From: Callorhinchus milii
Taxonomy: Eukaryota
Assembly: GCF_018977255.1 (NCBI RefSeq)
Contig: NW_024704742.1
Coordinates: 24,616,001 to 24,680,000 of the forward strand
DNA length: 64,000 bases
Direction of reading: 5' to 3'
In this document: positions 1-11,650 of the stretch, in pieces
How the letters are laid out: the number at the start of each line of letters is the position of its first letter
Numbering within the stretch: position 1 is the stretch's first letter
Notes under the pieces: generated by a model
Told to the model about the DNA's origin: nothing
Database searches by the model: none
The model's input: the letters and a program-made list of their open reading frames with translations, nothing else
Made by a program: the position numbers and the translations under genes

Positions 1-394
1 TAACTTTAAAAACAAGTCAGATGTCAGTGATGGAGTCATGCTGCTGAAATGTAATGTCCAGCAGCACAATAGGTCCTCCACATTGAGGTAATGTGTGTAA
101 ATATTGACCGATCAACCTCTGGAGGGAATCTGGATGCTGGTTTTTGGAGCCTGCTGGAATTTTTTTAATATAATGAGATACCTGTCACTTTTTTGCCACA
201 TTCACCCCACGTCATGGATCATAAAACTATCTGCTCATGACGAAACAGAGCGGAGTTTCATATCTGCTCCACGGGAGAAACTTCATAATCAGATGAACAG
301 CCTTATCTGATGGGGCAGCCTCCAGAGCTTTTGACTGCAGAGCTCTTGACCAGGTTGCTCAGTATCCAAAAATCAGTGGAGACGATATAAAAAT

Positions 395-530
395 AATCAT
401 AATCCTTGGATTTGATGTCATTGAGACGTCTCCAAGCACTTCACATCGTTTTACGCAGCAGTCAATTTGTGTGCAGCAACATCCCACAAACAGCTATGAA
501 GCAGTGACAATTTTTATTATTCTGAGGGAT
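395..530 (-). mobile_element. Degenerate Deu-type SINE 3' fragment
   Basis: Reverse complement of gctgtttgtggga..gctg core and (tta)n tail. Confidence 0.6.
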
Positions 531-1487
531 TGTTGTTTTATCGATGGCTTCCAACAAAGCCAGCAATTTGAAGGTTTGCAATAACAAATGAAACATCTTG
601 TACACTAATGCAGTGATCACAAATTCAATCTGCTAGGTTTGAGCATTTCCCTATCTTCTCTAGGGTTGCTAGATTAGGAATCTCTGAGCTCACAGAGTGC
701 CTCTCACTCTGCCAGTAGGTAGTGATAGGTTCACCCCGGATGTTGCGCTCTGAAAATGGCCTCTTTCATTTGCCCTTACCAGCAGTGATAATACCAACAG
801 GAAGTGATGTTAGTTGTGGCCATTTTATCATAACAGTAGCCTAGTTGGTCCCCATGGTTCATGCTTATCTGCTCATGTGGCCCTGAAGGCCAAATGAGTT
901 TGCCAGTTAGGAGGTTGAATTTGAGGCACACCACAAGAGGGAACTTCCACACTGAACATTGGTGAGAAACATAGTTTGAAGTTAGTCAAGGTACTTGATT
1001 TTGCTTTGTAATATTGGTGCTGAAGGTTTATGCTTGCAATCATAACACAAACCACTGATCTATAAGCATCTCCGTAGAGGCCCTATTGGATTTGCAGTGT
1101 TTCTGGGGACCTCTACCGCCAGCTGTCAGTATCAGTCCTGTTCCCTTCCAAACTCAAGTGTACTGTATCACAGTGTTGGCACAATTACGCTTGTGCAGGC
1201 TTGTTGTGTGACTAATAGAGCACCCAATAAATGTGGTTTATTTCTATATGGCTGCACACTTAAATCTTCTCTACCAGTGGGGAAAGAGGATCTGCTTCGT
1301 GCCTTGTAATGGGCTAGATTGTACACAATAAAAGTAATGTAGGAGTACAAACATGTTTGCAACAAAATAAAATCATTCTGCCAAGCCCATCTTGAAAATT
1401 CTGCAGGCGAAAGACCCAACAGTTAAGATTGTATTTCATTTTCTGCTTTTATTGAATTTATTTCCCTCAATCCTTTATATTCTGTCT

Positions 1488-1495
1488 GTATATAC

Positions 1496-1526
<31 letters not shown>

Positions 1527-1527
1527 T
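1488..1527. repeat. (TA)n microsatellite
   Basis: Direct reading. Confidence 0.9.
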
Positions 1528-2356
1528 GGTCTGTCATCAGTAGTACTGCAGATTAACACCAGTTCCTATTTCCAAACACTGCTGCTACAGTTGCATAATT
1601 ATTTGAAACCCAGACAATATTTTCTCATCTATAAAGTACTGAAGATTTTGTTTACTGATGTGCTCAAACAAAGCAATCTCTTATTCAGATGCTGGAAATC
1701 AGATCAACTTAATACCACATGCACTGAAGGAAATCACCCGAGATTTTCGTATATGAATAAAGGCTGTGGCGTCATTTTGATTGAGCAGGACTCGCTGCTA
1801 GTGTTACCACTTCAACATCGCTAATACGGAAAACTTTACGTTAGCCAAGAGTACACTGAAGAACCAACAAGGCATCTAGTTAAAACCTGGCATTTTGGTG
1901 ACATTACTTCTTCAATCCCTCTTTTTTTTGTTCTGCCAAAATACTTGAATCCTTCGATTTAAAGCGTCACCCTTGAAAAAATTGGCAAACTATTTTTCTT
2001 ACCAATTTAGAAAGTAAAGTATTTAGAAAGCCAAAGCAATATATATGTATATACAGACAGAATATAAAGGATTGAGTGAAATAAATTCAATAAAAGCAGA
2101 AAATGAAATACGATCGTAACTGTTGGGTCTTTTCGTCTGCAGGACCAACAGGAACTGAGTGGAAAGAATGCCAACCTCCTGTGTGCCCACTTCAGGTCCC
2201 GTCAATAAGCCAGGCTGCCTGGTCTGTCGTCAGCATTACTGCAGATCAACACCAGTTCCTATTTCCAAACACTGCTGCTACAGTTGCATAATTATTTGAA
2301 ACCCAGACATATTTTCTCATCTACAAAGTACTGAAGATTTTTTTTACTGATATGCT

Positions 2357-3027
2357 CAAACAAACAAGCAAACAAACAAAATTACATTCGTATAATGCCT
2401 TTCATGTCGGGAGGACGTCTCAAGGCGCTAGACAATCAGCTTTTTGGAACCGAGCTGGGGGTCGGGATTAAAGGGATTGGGGGTGGGAGGGCAGGGGATG
2501 GTGGGCAGGGGTCTTGAGACGGATCATTGAGGCAAAAAGGGGCGATGCGGATGGACTGTGGGACAGAGTTACAGAGGACGGGGGCAGAGTGGCAAAAGGC
2601 CCGCCTGCCAATGGTGGGACAGACAAGGCGGGACGTGATGCAGGCCTGAGCCCGCTGAGCGGAGGGACTGTCTAGGTTGGTAGGGGGTTAGGAGGTTGCA
2701 GGGGTAGGGGGGAAGCAAAGCCATGCAGGGCTTTGAAAGTGAGAACCAGGATCTTGAATTGTATCCTCTGTGTGATGGGAAGTCAGTGTAGTTGGGCAAG
2801 GATGCGGGTGATAGGGTCGCGGAGCCTAGTGCGGGAGAGGACATGGGTTGTGGTGTGAGACAGTGGCAGAGCTGAGCGATGTTGTGGAGGTGGGGAAAGC
2901 GGAGCAGTCATGTCAGGGATGTGGGGTATGAAGGAGAGTTCAAGGTCCATGAAGGGAGATTCTGTCAGCGTCCGAGGGATGGCGATGCTGACGGCAGCCA
3001 AGAGGAGTGCCTCAGTCTTGTTGACAT
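2357..3027 (-). mobile_element. 5'-truncated L2 LINE inserted in the final codons of TLR2-A
   Basis: Begins with the (N)VNKTEALL segment, contains ELSFIPHI and LSRTRLRDPIT remnants, ends in the L2 tail gcgccttgagacgtcctcccgacatgaaagg...(ttgt)n. Confidence 0.9.
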
Positions 3028-5396
3028 CCTATGTTTTCCTCACCTTTTAATGCTACTTTTAAGTTAAACCAGAAGATTTTCTGTTCTACTTCATCCTCAG
3101 GCCATTCCAAATAGGTTTTTGTGTTCATCAGTTTCCTAAGCTTACAGAATCGCTGAGGAATGGTTTCCTTTGGGATTGGCTCCAACAGAACAAGAATGGC
3201 GGTGTCATTATTCTCATCAAACAGACGGAAATGAGAATAGTCCAGCTCGTACTTGCACCACTCGCTTTGGACAAAGTGTTGAGACAAGACAAACAGGGTC
3301 TTTCTGCTCTTCTCAATGGACTCAATGATGTTGTCAATTATCCACTTCCCTGGGATGAAATCGCGCTTATGAAGACAGAGTGTCACTGGTGGATGGGTAT
3401 TTTCTAATTCCCTCAGCAAGACGTTTTCCACCCACTCAGAATCCATCTCGCTGTAAGAAACAAATGCGTCGTAGAAAATATTATTATTCCTCACTTTCTT
3501 TGGCTTCCTTTTTGCCTGGAGCCACGCCCAGGTCATTTGGATGTACCAGATCCCGTGATACTTGTAGCACAATAGTCCCACAATAGCTATTGGCAAACAC
3601 AAAGCCACACACGACAAGGTGACAGAGAGTGTTGTGTGACAGTCAAAGAAAGAGCGCTTGGTATTTTTCACAATCATTCGCTTGACAACTAAAGGTGAAT
3701 CACAAATGTAGTTTTCCGGCCAGTTCAGCAGTTGTATTGAGTGGGTTAGGTATTTGTTTATATAGGTCAAGAATTCACAGGAACAGATGTAATGGTTCTT
3801 TCCAGCATCCAATGTTGTCAACTTATCGAATGTCGTGATTTCATCACTGGACATAGAGATGAGATTATTCCCACTGATCATCAGAATCTTCACGTTTGGT
3901 AGATAGCCACCGCCTGGTAAATACATCAGCTTGTTATTGGACACATTTAGTTCTCTGAGAGAAGGAAGGTGGGTAGTGAATGTCCTTATGTTATTGTTGC
4001 TTAAATCCAACACCTCGATATTTGGAGGGATGCACTGTGATATAGTACTTAATTGACTGCCTGAAAGGTTTAGAAATTGAAGAGTTTTTGACCATACACA
4101 AGAATCAACATCACTTAATGTATTCTGGCTTAAATCGAGGTGCGTCAGGTGGGTAATGTTAGATAAAATCGGGCTAATTTTCTTGAGAGAATGCAACTTA
4201 TTCTTTCTCAGAATAAGGTACATCAGGGAAGACCAGGAGTTCTCACAAACCATTTCTTTCATCATTAAATCAGTGAGCAAATTCTCCCTTAAATCAAGAT
4301 ACTCCAATCTTTGAAAATGTTGGGATATACCACATGGCATCATGAACAAGTTCAAGTTTGTCAACCTAGCTGTTCTAACATGGGATATCAAGCCATGAAG
4401 GAACGAAAGATCAAAAAATAAATAAAACTGTTTTATGGATATATGTCTGATTGTCAGTGAAATAAGTGATTCACATGTCATATCTTTAACTTTGTGCCAT
4501 TCTCCTCTTCCTGAAAATGCACAATTTTCTGCAACTAGTTCAGATATTCCACTGTCTCTTATATTTTTTAGTAAAACATATATTGTATTGTCACTCAGAG
4601 AACTATTTCTGAAGGTATATTTCTTCACTGATGAATTATTTGGCAATGAAAATAATTGAGTATCACTGGAACTCAGATATTCTAAGTCTCTCAGTTCAAC
4701 ATGGGTGGTGGCTGGTGCTAAATCCCAGATAATCCGTTGAACTAAGGACTGTTTTTTTTGGAATGGGTCATGTAAATTCATAGTGGCATGGCTTACATTT
4801 TGGAAAGAACTGAAACTTCTGTCTTCGTATGATTCTAATTTGTTTCCCAGTAAAATAAAGTCATCGAGATGTGAAATTCCTTCAAAGTCATCTTTCTTTA
4901 GATTAGACAAGAAAGCGTTTCCAACTTTTAACCACCGGAGGCTTTCCAGATGTGAGAAAAGTCTGCCTGGTCCCAGGTTTCTGTATTTATTCCCTGAAAG
5001 ATCCAGGTGTTGTAATTTGGAAAGATGCAGAAACCAAGCTGGTGAGAGTTGGATCAAGGAGTTATTGGACAAATCAAGGTATTCTAGGACCACGTTGCTC
5101 TTAAATGCCTGGTCATCAATAGACTGTATTTCATTTGATTGTAGCATAAGTACTTTGAGTTTAATATGCTTAGTGAGATCAGTTTCCTTGATGTGCGTTA
5201 TGAAGTTGTAGGAGAGGTTCAATCTTGAGACTTTCTCCAACACACGTGGAATAGTCACTAAGTTCATTGAAGAGCAGTTACAGAAGTTGCTGGAGTCACA
5301 TTTTTGACAGCTGTCTGCCTCTGAGCGAGCAATGTCCAGGTAAACACATGCAGCAGCAAGCAGCGTCCACACACTGACACCTCTCATGGTTCTCAT
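3012..5396 (-). CDS. TLR2: Toll-like receptor 2, paralogue A (794 aa, single coding exon; last residues CQQD* derive from an L2 LINE)
   Basis: Signal peptide, Cys-rich LRRNT, LxxLxLxxN repeats, TLR2-type QFYLFFDLS and FMMPC motifs, LRRCT, TM helix, TIR domain (YDAFVSYS, HKRDFIPGKW, SEWCKYELD, YLEWP). Acceptor tttcag|acacgtgtgaATG, exon starts at 5406. Confidence 0.96.
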   Translation of the reverse strand: MRTMRGVSVWTLLAAACVYLDIARSEADSCQKCDSSNFCNCSSMNLVTIPRVLEKVSRLNLSYNFITHIKETDLTKHIKLKVLMLQSNEIQSIDDQAFKSNVVLEYLDLSNNSLIQLSPAWFLHLSKLQHLDLSGNKYRNLGPGRLFSHLESLRWLKVGNAFLSNLKKDDFEGISHLDDFILLGNKLESYEDRSFSSFQNVSHATMNLHDPFQKKQSLVQRIIWDLAPATTHVELRDLEYLSSSDTQLFSLPNNSSVKKYTFRNSSLSDNTIYVLLKNIRDSGISELVAENCAFSGRGEWHKVKDMTCESLISLTIRHISIKQFYLFFDLSFLHGLISHVRTARLTNLNLFMMPCGISQHFQRLEYLDLRENLLTDLMMKEMVCENSWSSLMYLILRKNKLHSLKKISPILSNITHLTHLDLSQNTLSDVDSCVWSKTLQFLNLSGSQLSTISQCIPPNIEVLDLSNNNIRTFTTHLPSLRELNVSNNKLMYLPGGGYLPNVKILMISGNNLISMSSDEITTFDKLTTLDAGKNHYICSCEFLTYINKYLTHSIQLLNWPENYICDSPLVVKRMIVKNTKRSFFDCHTTLSVTLSCVALCLPIAIVGLLCYKYHGIWYIQMTWAWLQAKRKPKKVRNNNIFYDAFVSYSEMDSEWVENVLLRELENTHPPVTLCLHKRDFIPGKWIIDNIIESIEKSRKTLFVLSQHFVQSEWCKYELDYSHFRLFDENNDTAILVLLEPIPKETIPQRFCKLRKLMNTKTYLEWPEDEVEQKIFWFNLKVALKGEENIGCQQD

Positions 5397-5799
5397 TCAC
5401 ACGTGTCTGAAATAGAAATATAAAACATTTAATTGCAATTGACAACTGGGGTCATAGAAAGCAACACTGTTAGTGAACTCTTTCAGAGAATTAAATGCCC
5501 TTGCTTGGGTTGATCCTCTTCATAACTTTCACACATTAGAATGAAAAAAGCACCCTTTTGACCTCCTCTCATCTCCTTACCTGTATATATTCTCAGAACA
5601 ATCACCTCAGTTTGTGTTCCAAGGATCATGCTAATAAATTGCCAGTTAGTTTCTGGAATCGAACCTGACTCCCAAGTCTGGGGTAGAGTTGGTGGTATTC
5701 CTGTTTTGGTATCAAATCGGTGGCATGGCTTACATGATCCTCAACTGGATCAAATCAGCTCAGTAGCAAGTGCAAAAAGAATAGATGTCCTTAAGGTCA

Positions 5800-6008
5800 G
5801 TGGAGCACTGTAGCTCAGTGGTTAGAGCACTTGCCTCGCAAGCGAGAGAACCCGGTTTCGATTTCTGGACGGGTGAAAAGTTGGAAAAATTTCCTTTCCC
5901 GCACGTCTCTGTTTACCTAGTAGTAAAGTAGGACCCCGGTTGTTGGTCGATTGGCAAATCACTTTTCTGGGGGTAATAATTCTTCCAAAAAAAATTATAA
6001 TCATTTTG
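5800..6008 (+). mobile_element. tRNA-derived SINE, 5' half
   Basis: tgtagctcagtggttagagcacttgcctcgcaagcgagag head (A box, B-box-like) followed by SINE body. Confidence 0.8.
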
Positions 6009-6138
6009 TCACTCTTCTCCATGTTTGGACCGTGCTAGCAAGGTAATAGATGATAACTTGTGCCCATGTGGAACATCAGCCTGGTTCAGCTTGTGGTTCT
6101 CTTACTTTGCACTGACTATCTGTCTTGGTTAAACCTTC

Positions 6139-6620
6139 AGTCGCCAACCAGCGAGCGGAGGGATGGTCGCCAACCAGCGAGGGGCAGGGATGGTTGCCAG
6201 CCAGTGAGGGGCAGGGACGGTCGCCAGCCAGCAAGGGGCAGGTATAGTCGCTAGCCAGCGAGGGGCAGGTATAGTCGCTAGCCAGCGAGGGGCAGGTATA
6301 GTCGCTAGCCAGCGAGGGGCAGGTATAGTCGTTAGCCAGCGAGGGGCAGGTATAGTCGCTAGCCAGCGAGGGGCAGGGATGGTCGCCAGCCAACAAGGGG
6401 CAGGGATAGTTGCTAGCCAGCGAGGGCAGGGATGGTCGCCAGCCAGTGAGGGGCATGGATGGTCGCCAACCAGTGAGGGGCAGGGATAGTCGCTAGCCAG
6501 TGAGGGGCGGGGATGGTTGCCAGCCAGCAAGGGGCAGGGATGGTTACTAACTAGCGAGGGGCAGGGACGGTCGCCAACTAGCGAAGGGCAGGGACGGTCG
6601 CCAGCCAGCGAGGGGCAGGG
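6139..6620. repeat. GC-rich minisatellite, 27-bp unit (GGTATAGTCGCTAGCCAGCGAGGGGCA and variants), ~18 copies
   Basis: Direct reading; 9-aa periodicity in the overlapping ORFs. Confidence 0.93.
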
Positions 6621-7001
6621 CCTTGGAAACTCATGTAAACCGAGCGGGACTCACGGAAAGCAAGTCAGGCAGCGGCAGGGAGTCACAGGGCTGGTTTGGG
6701 ATCGGGACTGGAGGCAGCCAGAGGGAGGATCGGAGTCCTGGGGATCTGGACCGGCGTTAGCCAGAGGCAGGGTCTGGCTGGTAGCTGTAGTGGACCCTGA
6801 GGTGTGGCAGGTGCCTCGGGGATCGAGCGGCGGCCATTGCCTGGTAAGGGGGAGCCGCCATTTTGGACTTTCAGATTTTCCCACCATTCTGCATTATGTC
6901 ACTTTCGCCCGCCAGGTTTCAATCCCTGGTAGCAGCTACAGCATAGTTTATACCAGTGTCTCCCTCCCTCCCTTTGTCTGTCTCCCTCCCTCCCTCTCAT
7001 C

Positions 7002-7321
7002 ATGTAGCTCAGTGGTTAGAGGACTCACCTTGCAAGCGAGAGACCTGGGTTCAATTCCAGGCAGGTCAGGGCGAAACCTTGGCCAAGTTTCCTTACTCCA
7101 CACAGAGCCTAATAATAATCCTTCCAGAACAAAAACAACAATAAATTGGTCAGTTTCAATCCACGACTGTTTGTGGGACATTGCTGTGCGCAATTGGCTG
7201 CCGCTTTTTGCCCACAAATATACAGTCAGTTCATGTTATAGCATTTTCTGTGAAGCGCTTTGAGACGTCTGGAAGAAATGGAAAGTGCTATATCACATGC
7301 AAGGATTATTAGTATTATTAT
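7002..7321 (+). mobile_element. Full-length tRNA-derived Deu-type SINE
   Basis: tRNA head, ctgtttgtgggacattgctgtgcgcaattggctgccg core, L2-like tail with (tta)n. Confidence 0.88.
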
Positions 7322-7509
7322 CCTCTGTCTGTCTGTCTCCCTACCTCCCATCCTCTGTCTGTCTCCATCCCCTGTCCTTCCCCTCCAGGCTGCTCGTTGC
7401 TGACCACAATGAGCTTCCTGCCCCCTCTGCGCCACCTCTCGCCCCCACAGCCTCCTGCAGGCTGACAATGTCCCACTAATCCGCTGCCTCTCGTCTCAGC
7501 GTACGCATC

Positions 7510-10500
7510 TTGGCTGCCGCTTCCGACTCAAGCTGGCCCTCCCTCAAAATGTCCCACTCCCTGCAGCTCTCCCGCTCTGTCCTGCTATCTCTCCGCCCTC
7601 CCCGCCTTCTATCTCTGCTTGACCCCCCCCCCCCTCCCCACCCCACTGCCTCCCTCTGCTCCAGCCTGGGAATCCTCCGCCAGGCTCACCGTGGTACTCG
7701 GCGTTGGCACTGTCCAGCAGCAGCCACACCGACTGCCCATTCCCCACTGCCGTCGCAAGCCATCCCGGAGCCAGACCCCGGGGGCTAATCTTTTCTCCCT
7801 CATCCGCATCCGCACCCTCCCTGCCACTACCCCCTCCCATCCCACACATCCCCCTGCCAACTGTCCACTCCACAATGACCTTCAAAACGTCTGCTCCATC
7901 TGCAATAAGACCCTCGATGAGAACGTTGATATTATGGCCTTCACGGAAACCTGGATCACCCCAGGTGACAACTTCCCCCTCACCAAGGCCACACCACCTG
8001 GCCACACTTACCACCGTGCCCCACGCCCAACCGTCGTGGCAGTGGTGTGGCCCTCATATCCCGGGCGTCACTTGTCCTATCCCCCTACTCCACCGACTCA
8101 TTCCCCTCTTTTGAACACCTTACCCTCTGCTATCCTTCCCATCTCTCACTAAAAATCCTCCTCATTTACCGCCTCCCAAATCCTCCCCCACCTTCATCTC
8201 CACCCTCTTTGCTTCTTCCCTTTGCTCTGCTCCGACCGCCTCATCATCCTAAGTGACTTCAACCTCCATTTTACCCCCTCTTGCTCCAACTCCTCAGACT
8301 TCTCTGCTCTCCTCTCCTCTCTCAACCTTTCCCTCCACATCCACTTTGCTACACATGTTCATGGCCACCCGCTAGATCTGGCGATCACCCGGGGCCTCAG
8401 TGTCTCGGATGTCACCATCACCGACAAGGCCATTTCATCTCCCTCAACTCCCATATCTCTCTCCCCAATGGCTCCAAACCTACCACCATCTTCTACCGCC
8501 CCTGGAAGAAGATCTCCCCGCAATCCCTCTCCGCTGCCCTGGAGTCCTCTGATCTCCTCCCCCTCTGGCCCACCTCCCGCACCAACCCATCCTCTGCATT
8601 TACTCTCCTCCACAGCACCCTCTCCACCACACTCGATGCCCTTGCCCCCTAACCTCCCAAACTGCCTCCTATTCCTGATCCTCACCCTGGTTCACCAGTC
8701 ACCTCCGCTCGCTCAAGGGCCAGGTGTGGGCTGCCGACCACACTTAGCTCACATCCGGCCTAACGGTCCACCGCCACATCTGGCTGGACCTCACTAAGAC
8801 CTACTACTCCGCTCTCGCCTCAGCCAAATCATCCTTCTATTCCAGGTGAATCCTGGAGGCAAAGGGCAGCCCCAGGCTCCTGTTCTTCATCACCAACCAG
8901 CTCCTCCCCCCCCCCCCGCCATGCCTCGCAGATTCTTTCCTCTGACTCTCATTGCGAGGAAATGCTGAACTTCCTCGAGTCCAAAATCGAGGGAATCCGC
9001 TCAGCTGCCACTGCCCTCCCAACTTCCACTCCCTCACTACCCCCACCCCACACTCCAACAACTACCTACTCCTCCTTCCACACCTTTGAACCTGTCACTC
9101 CCTCCTCTATCATCACCACCATATCCTCCATGAAGCCCACCACCTGCTCCCTGGACCCCATCCCCATCCCTCTCCTTAAATCCCAGCTCCACCTCCTTGC
9201 ACCACTACTTGCCGACATCATCAACCTCTCTCTGTCATCTGTCCTACCCCCTCAAAACAGGCACTATCACCCCCACCTTGAAGAAACTTTTACTTGACCC
9301 AACACAACTATCTAGCTACCGACCCATCTCTAACCTCCCTTTTCTGTCCAAGGTCCTTCAGAGAGCTATTGCCTCCCAGCTTTGCTCCTTTCTCTCCTTC
9401 CACTCCCTCCATGAACCCTTCCAATCGGGATTCTGTGCTGCCCACAGAATGGAAACTGCTCTGGTCAAGGTCACAAACGACATCCTGACCTTGTATGACC
9501 AGGGCTCCCTCTGCCTCCTCCCACCTCAACCTCCAAGATTCTTGGCTTGACTGGTTCAGGTCCTACCTTTCACACCGCCTCCATTTCATCTCAGCTAACG
9601 GCTTCTCCTCCAGCCCCCACACCACCTTGTGCGATGTTCCTCAGGGCTCTGTCCTTGCTCCCCTCCTCTTCAACCTCTACATGCTCCCCCTTGGTGACCT
9701 CGGCAGACATGGGGTAAATTTCCATATGTATGTGGATGATACCCAGCTCTACCTCTCTGCCTCCACCCTGAACTCCAGGACTACTGGTGTCCTGACATCA
9801 AGTCCTGGAAGAGGGACAACTTTCTCCAGCTGAACGTCAGCAAGACTGAGGCCCTCATGATTGGCTTGCGCCAGCGCTTCCACACCTCAGTTGCTGGCAG
9901 CATCAGCCTCCACAGCTGCACACTCAACCTCACTAAGCCAGTCAGGAACCTCGGTATCTTGTTTGACCCTGAACTGTCCTTTCTCCCCCACATCCACGCC
10001 ATGACCGGCACTGCCTACCACCACATCCGCAACATTGCCAGACTCCACCACTGCCTCATCCCTCAGGCTGCCGAAGCCCTCACCCACGCATTCGTCACCT
10101 CAAGACTCATTTATGGAAATTACCTCCTCATCGGCCTTTCCAACTTTTCACTTCCCCTGCAGGTCATCCAAAGCTCATGTACCCTTGCACACCAGGCTTC
10201 GTGACCCCATCATTCCCACCCGCGCCAGACTCCACTGGCTACCCAGCCCTCAGAGGATCGAATTCAAGATCCTCGTCCTCACTTTCAAGGCCATCCATGG
10301 CCTTGCCCCCTCCTACCTCTCTGACTTGCTGACTCCCTACCAACCTGCCCACTCCCTCCTTTCAAAGGGCTCCGGCCTGCTCCATGTCTCCCGCCCGACC
10401 CACCCTACCATCAGTGGCCGGGCTTTCAGTCTCTCTGCCCCCACGCTCAAGAACTCCATCCCACGGTCCCTTCGCCTCGCTTCCTCCCTTGCCTCCTTGA

Positions 10501-10650
10501 AGGCCGGTTTCAAGACCCTCCTCTTCAATCGTGCCTTTGGTTGCCCTCCCTCACCCCTATCCCACCTCTCCACCATGCTCGGATCCTGACCCCTGACTGT
10601 CCAGCACCTTGGGACGTCCTCCCGACGTGAAAGGTGCTCTATAAATGTAA
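7510..10650 (+). mobile_element. Near full-length degenerate L2 LINE (APE endonuclease + RT, frameshifted)
   Basis: FTETW, SDFNLH, GHPLDL, YRPISNLPFLSKV, FQSGF, VPQGSVLAP, YVDDTQLY, LHWLP motifs; L2 3' tail. 5' boundary approximate. Confidence 0.92.
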
Positions 10651-10674
10651 GAAAGATCACCTCCTCCTTTGGAG

Positions 10675-10967
10675 AAGTCCTGTAGCTCAGAGCAAGAGAC
10701 ATGGGTTTGTTCCCACCAGGGAGAAACCTTGGACAAGTTTCCTTACTCCACACACCTGATAATAAACCCTCAAGAAAAAAAACAATAATAATTTGGTTAC
10801 TTCAATCCATGACTGTTTGTGGGTCACTGCTGTGTGCAATTGGCTGCCGCGTTTCGCCCACAAATATACAGTCAATTCACTTTACAGTGTATTCTGTGAA
10901 GCGCTTTGAAACGTCTAGAAGACGTGAAAAGCGCTATATCAAATGCAAGGATTATTATCATTATTAT
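10675..10967 (+). mobile_element. tRNA-derived Deu-type SINE
   Basis: Same family as 7002-7321, head partly deleted. Confidence 0.85.
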
Positions 10968-11283
10968 CCTGGACAGAGGTGTGCGGCTGGCTTGTCATTC
11001 AGTCCAATCAGGAGCTCGGCACATTTGTGCTTCACAAAATGTAAAGAACATTCAGATTTAACAGAGAACAGTGCAAGTGTGTCTCAAGTGAGTGCAAGTC
11101 TCAAGAAAAGAGAAAATTAGCTTTCTACCACATGTGGCTACCAGATTCAATAAATGCTCGAAAGCGTAATCAGTGACGTTGTACAACATCAAGAAAATTA
11201 CATTTGTAAAAGCCCCTTTCATGTCAGGAGGACATCCCGACGTGCCAACGTCCCGACAGGCGGATAGATCTGATGTGTAACAT

Positions 11284-11650
11284 GTGGAGCCCTATAGCTC
11301 AGTTAGAGCAGTTGCCTCGCAAGCGAGAGGACCTGGGTTGAATTCCTGGGCAGAGCGAAAGATTTGTGCAAGTTTCCTTACTGCACAGGCCTCTGTTTAC
11401 CTAGCAGTAAGTAGGAATCCAATTGTAAGTCAATTGGCAGATCTCTTAAAAAAAAAACCTACTAAATAATAATTTGGTCACTCAATCTTCGACTGTTTGT
11501 GGGACACTGCTGTACCCATTTGGCTGCCCCATTTTGCCCACAAAATATACAGTCAATTCACTTTACAGTATGTTCTGTAAAGCGCCTTGAGATGTCTCGA
11601 AGGTGTGATAAGGCATTATATCAAATGAAAGGATTATTATTATTATTATA
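11284..11650 (+). mobile_element. tRNA-derived Deu-type SINE
   Basis: Head, core and (tta)n tail. Confidence 0.85.

Noticed and set aside
1..360. Possible exon of a neighbouring gene
   Set aside because: A donor-like GAG|GTAATG occurs near 87 but no translation is recognisable.
4783..5211. 142-aa antisense ORF repeated identically at 38996-39424
   Set aside because: Shadow of the TLR2 CDS; its conservation reflects nucleotide identity of the paralogues.
3012..5396. TLR2-A as an uncollapsed allele or a processed retrocopy
   Set aside because: Flanks differ from B and orientation is inverted; it keeps a splice acceptor at the same position and has no poly(A) remnant. Read-level confirmation is still needed.
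5801..5870. tRNA-Ala-like genes (also ~7002, 19080, 25372, 60257)
   Set aside because: They lack a proper acceptor stem and run into SINE body and tail; they are SINE heads.
6139..6620. CRISPR-like array, or repeat-protein ORFs 6076-6456 and 6129-6530
   Set aside because: Units are contiguous with no unique spacers and the context is eukaryotic; the ORFs follow from a stop-free 27-bp unit.
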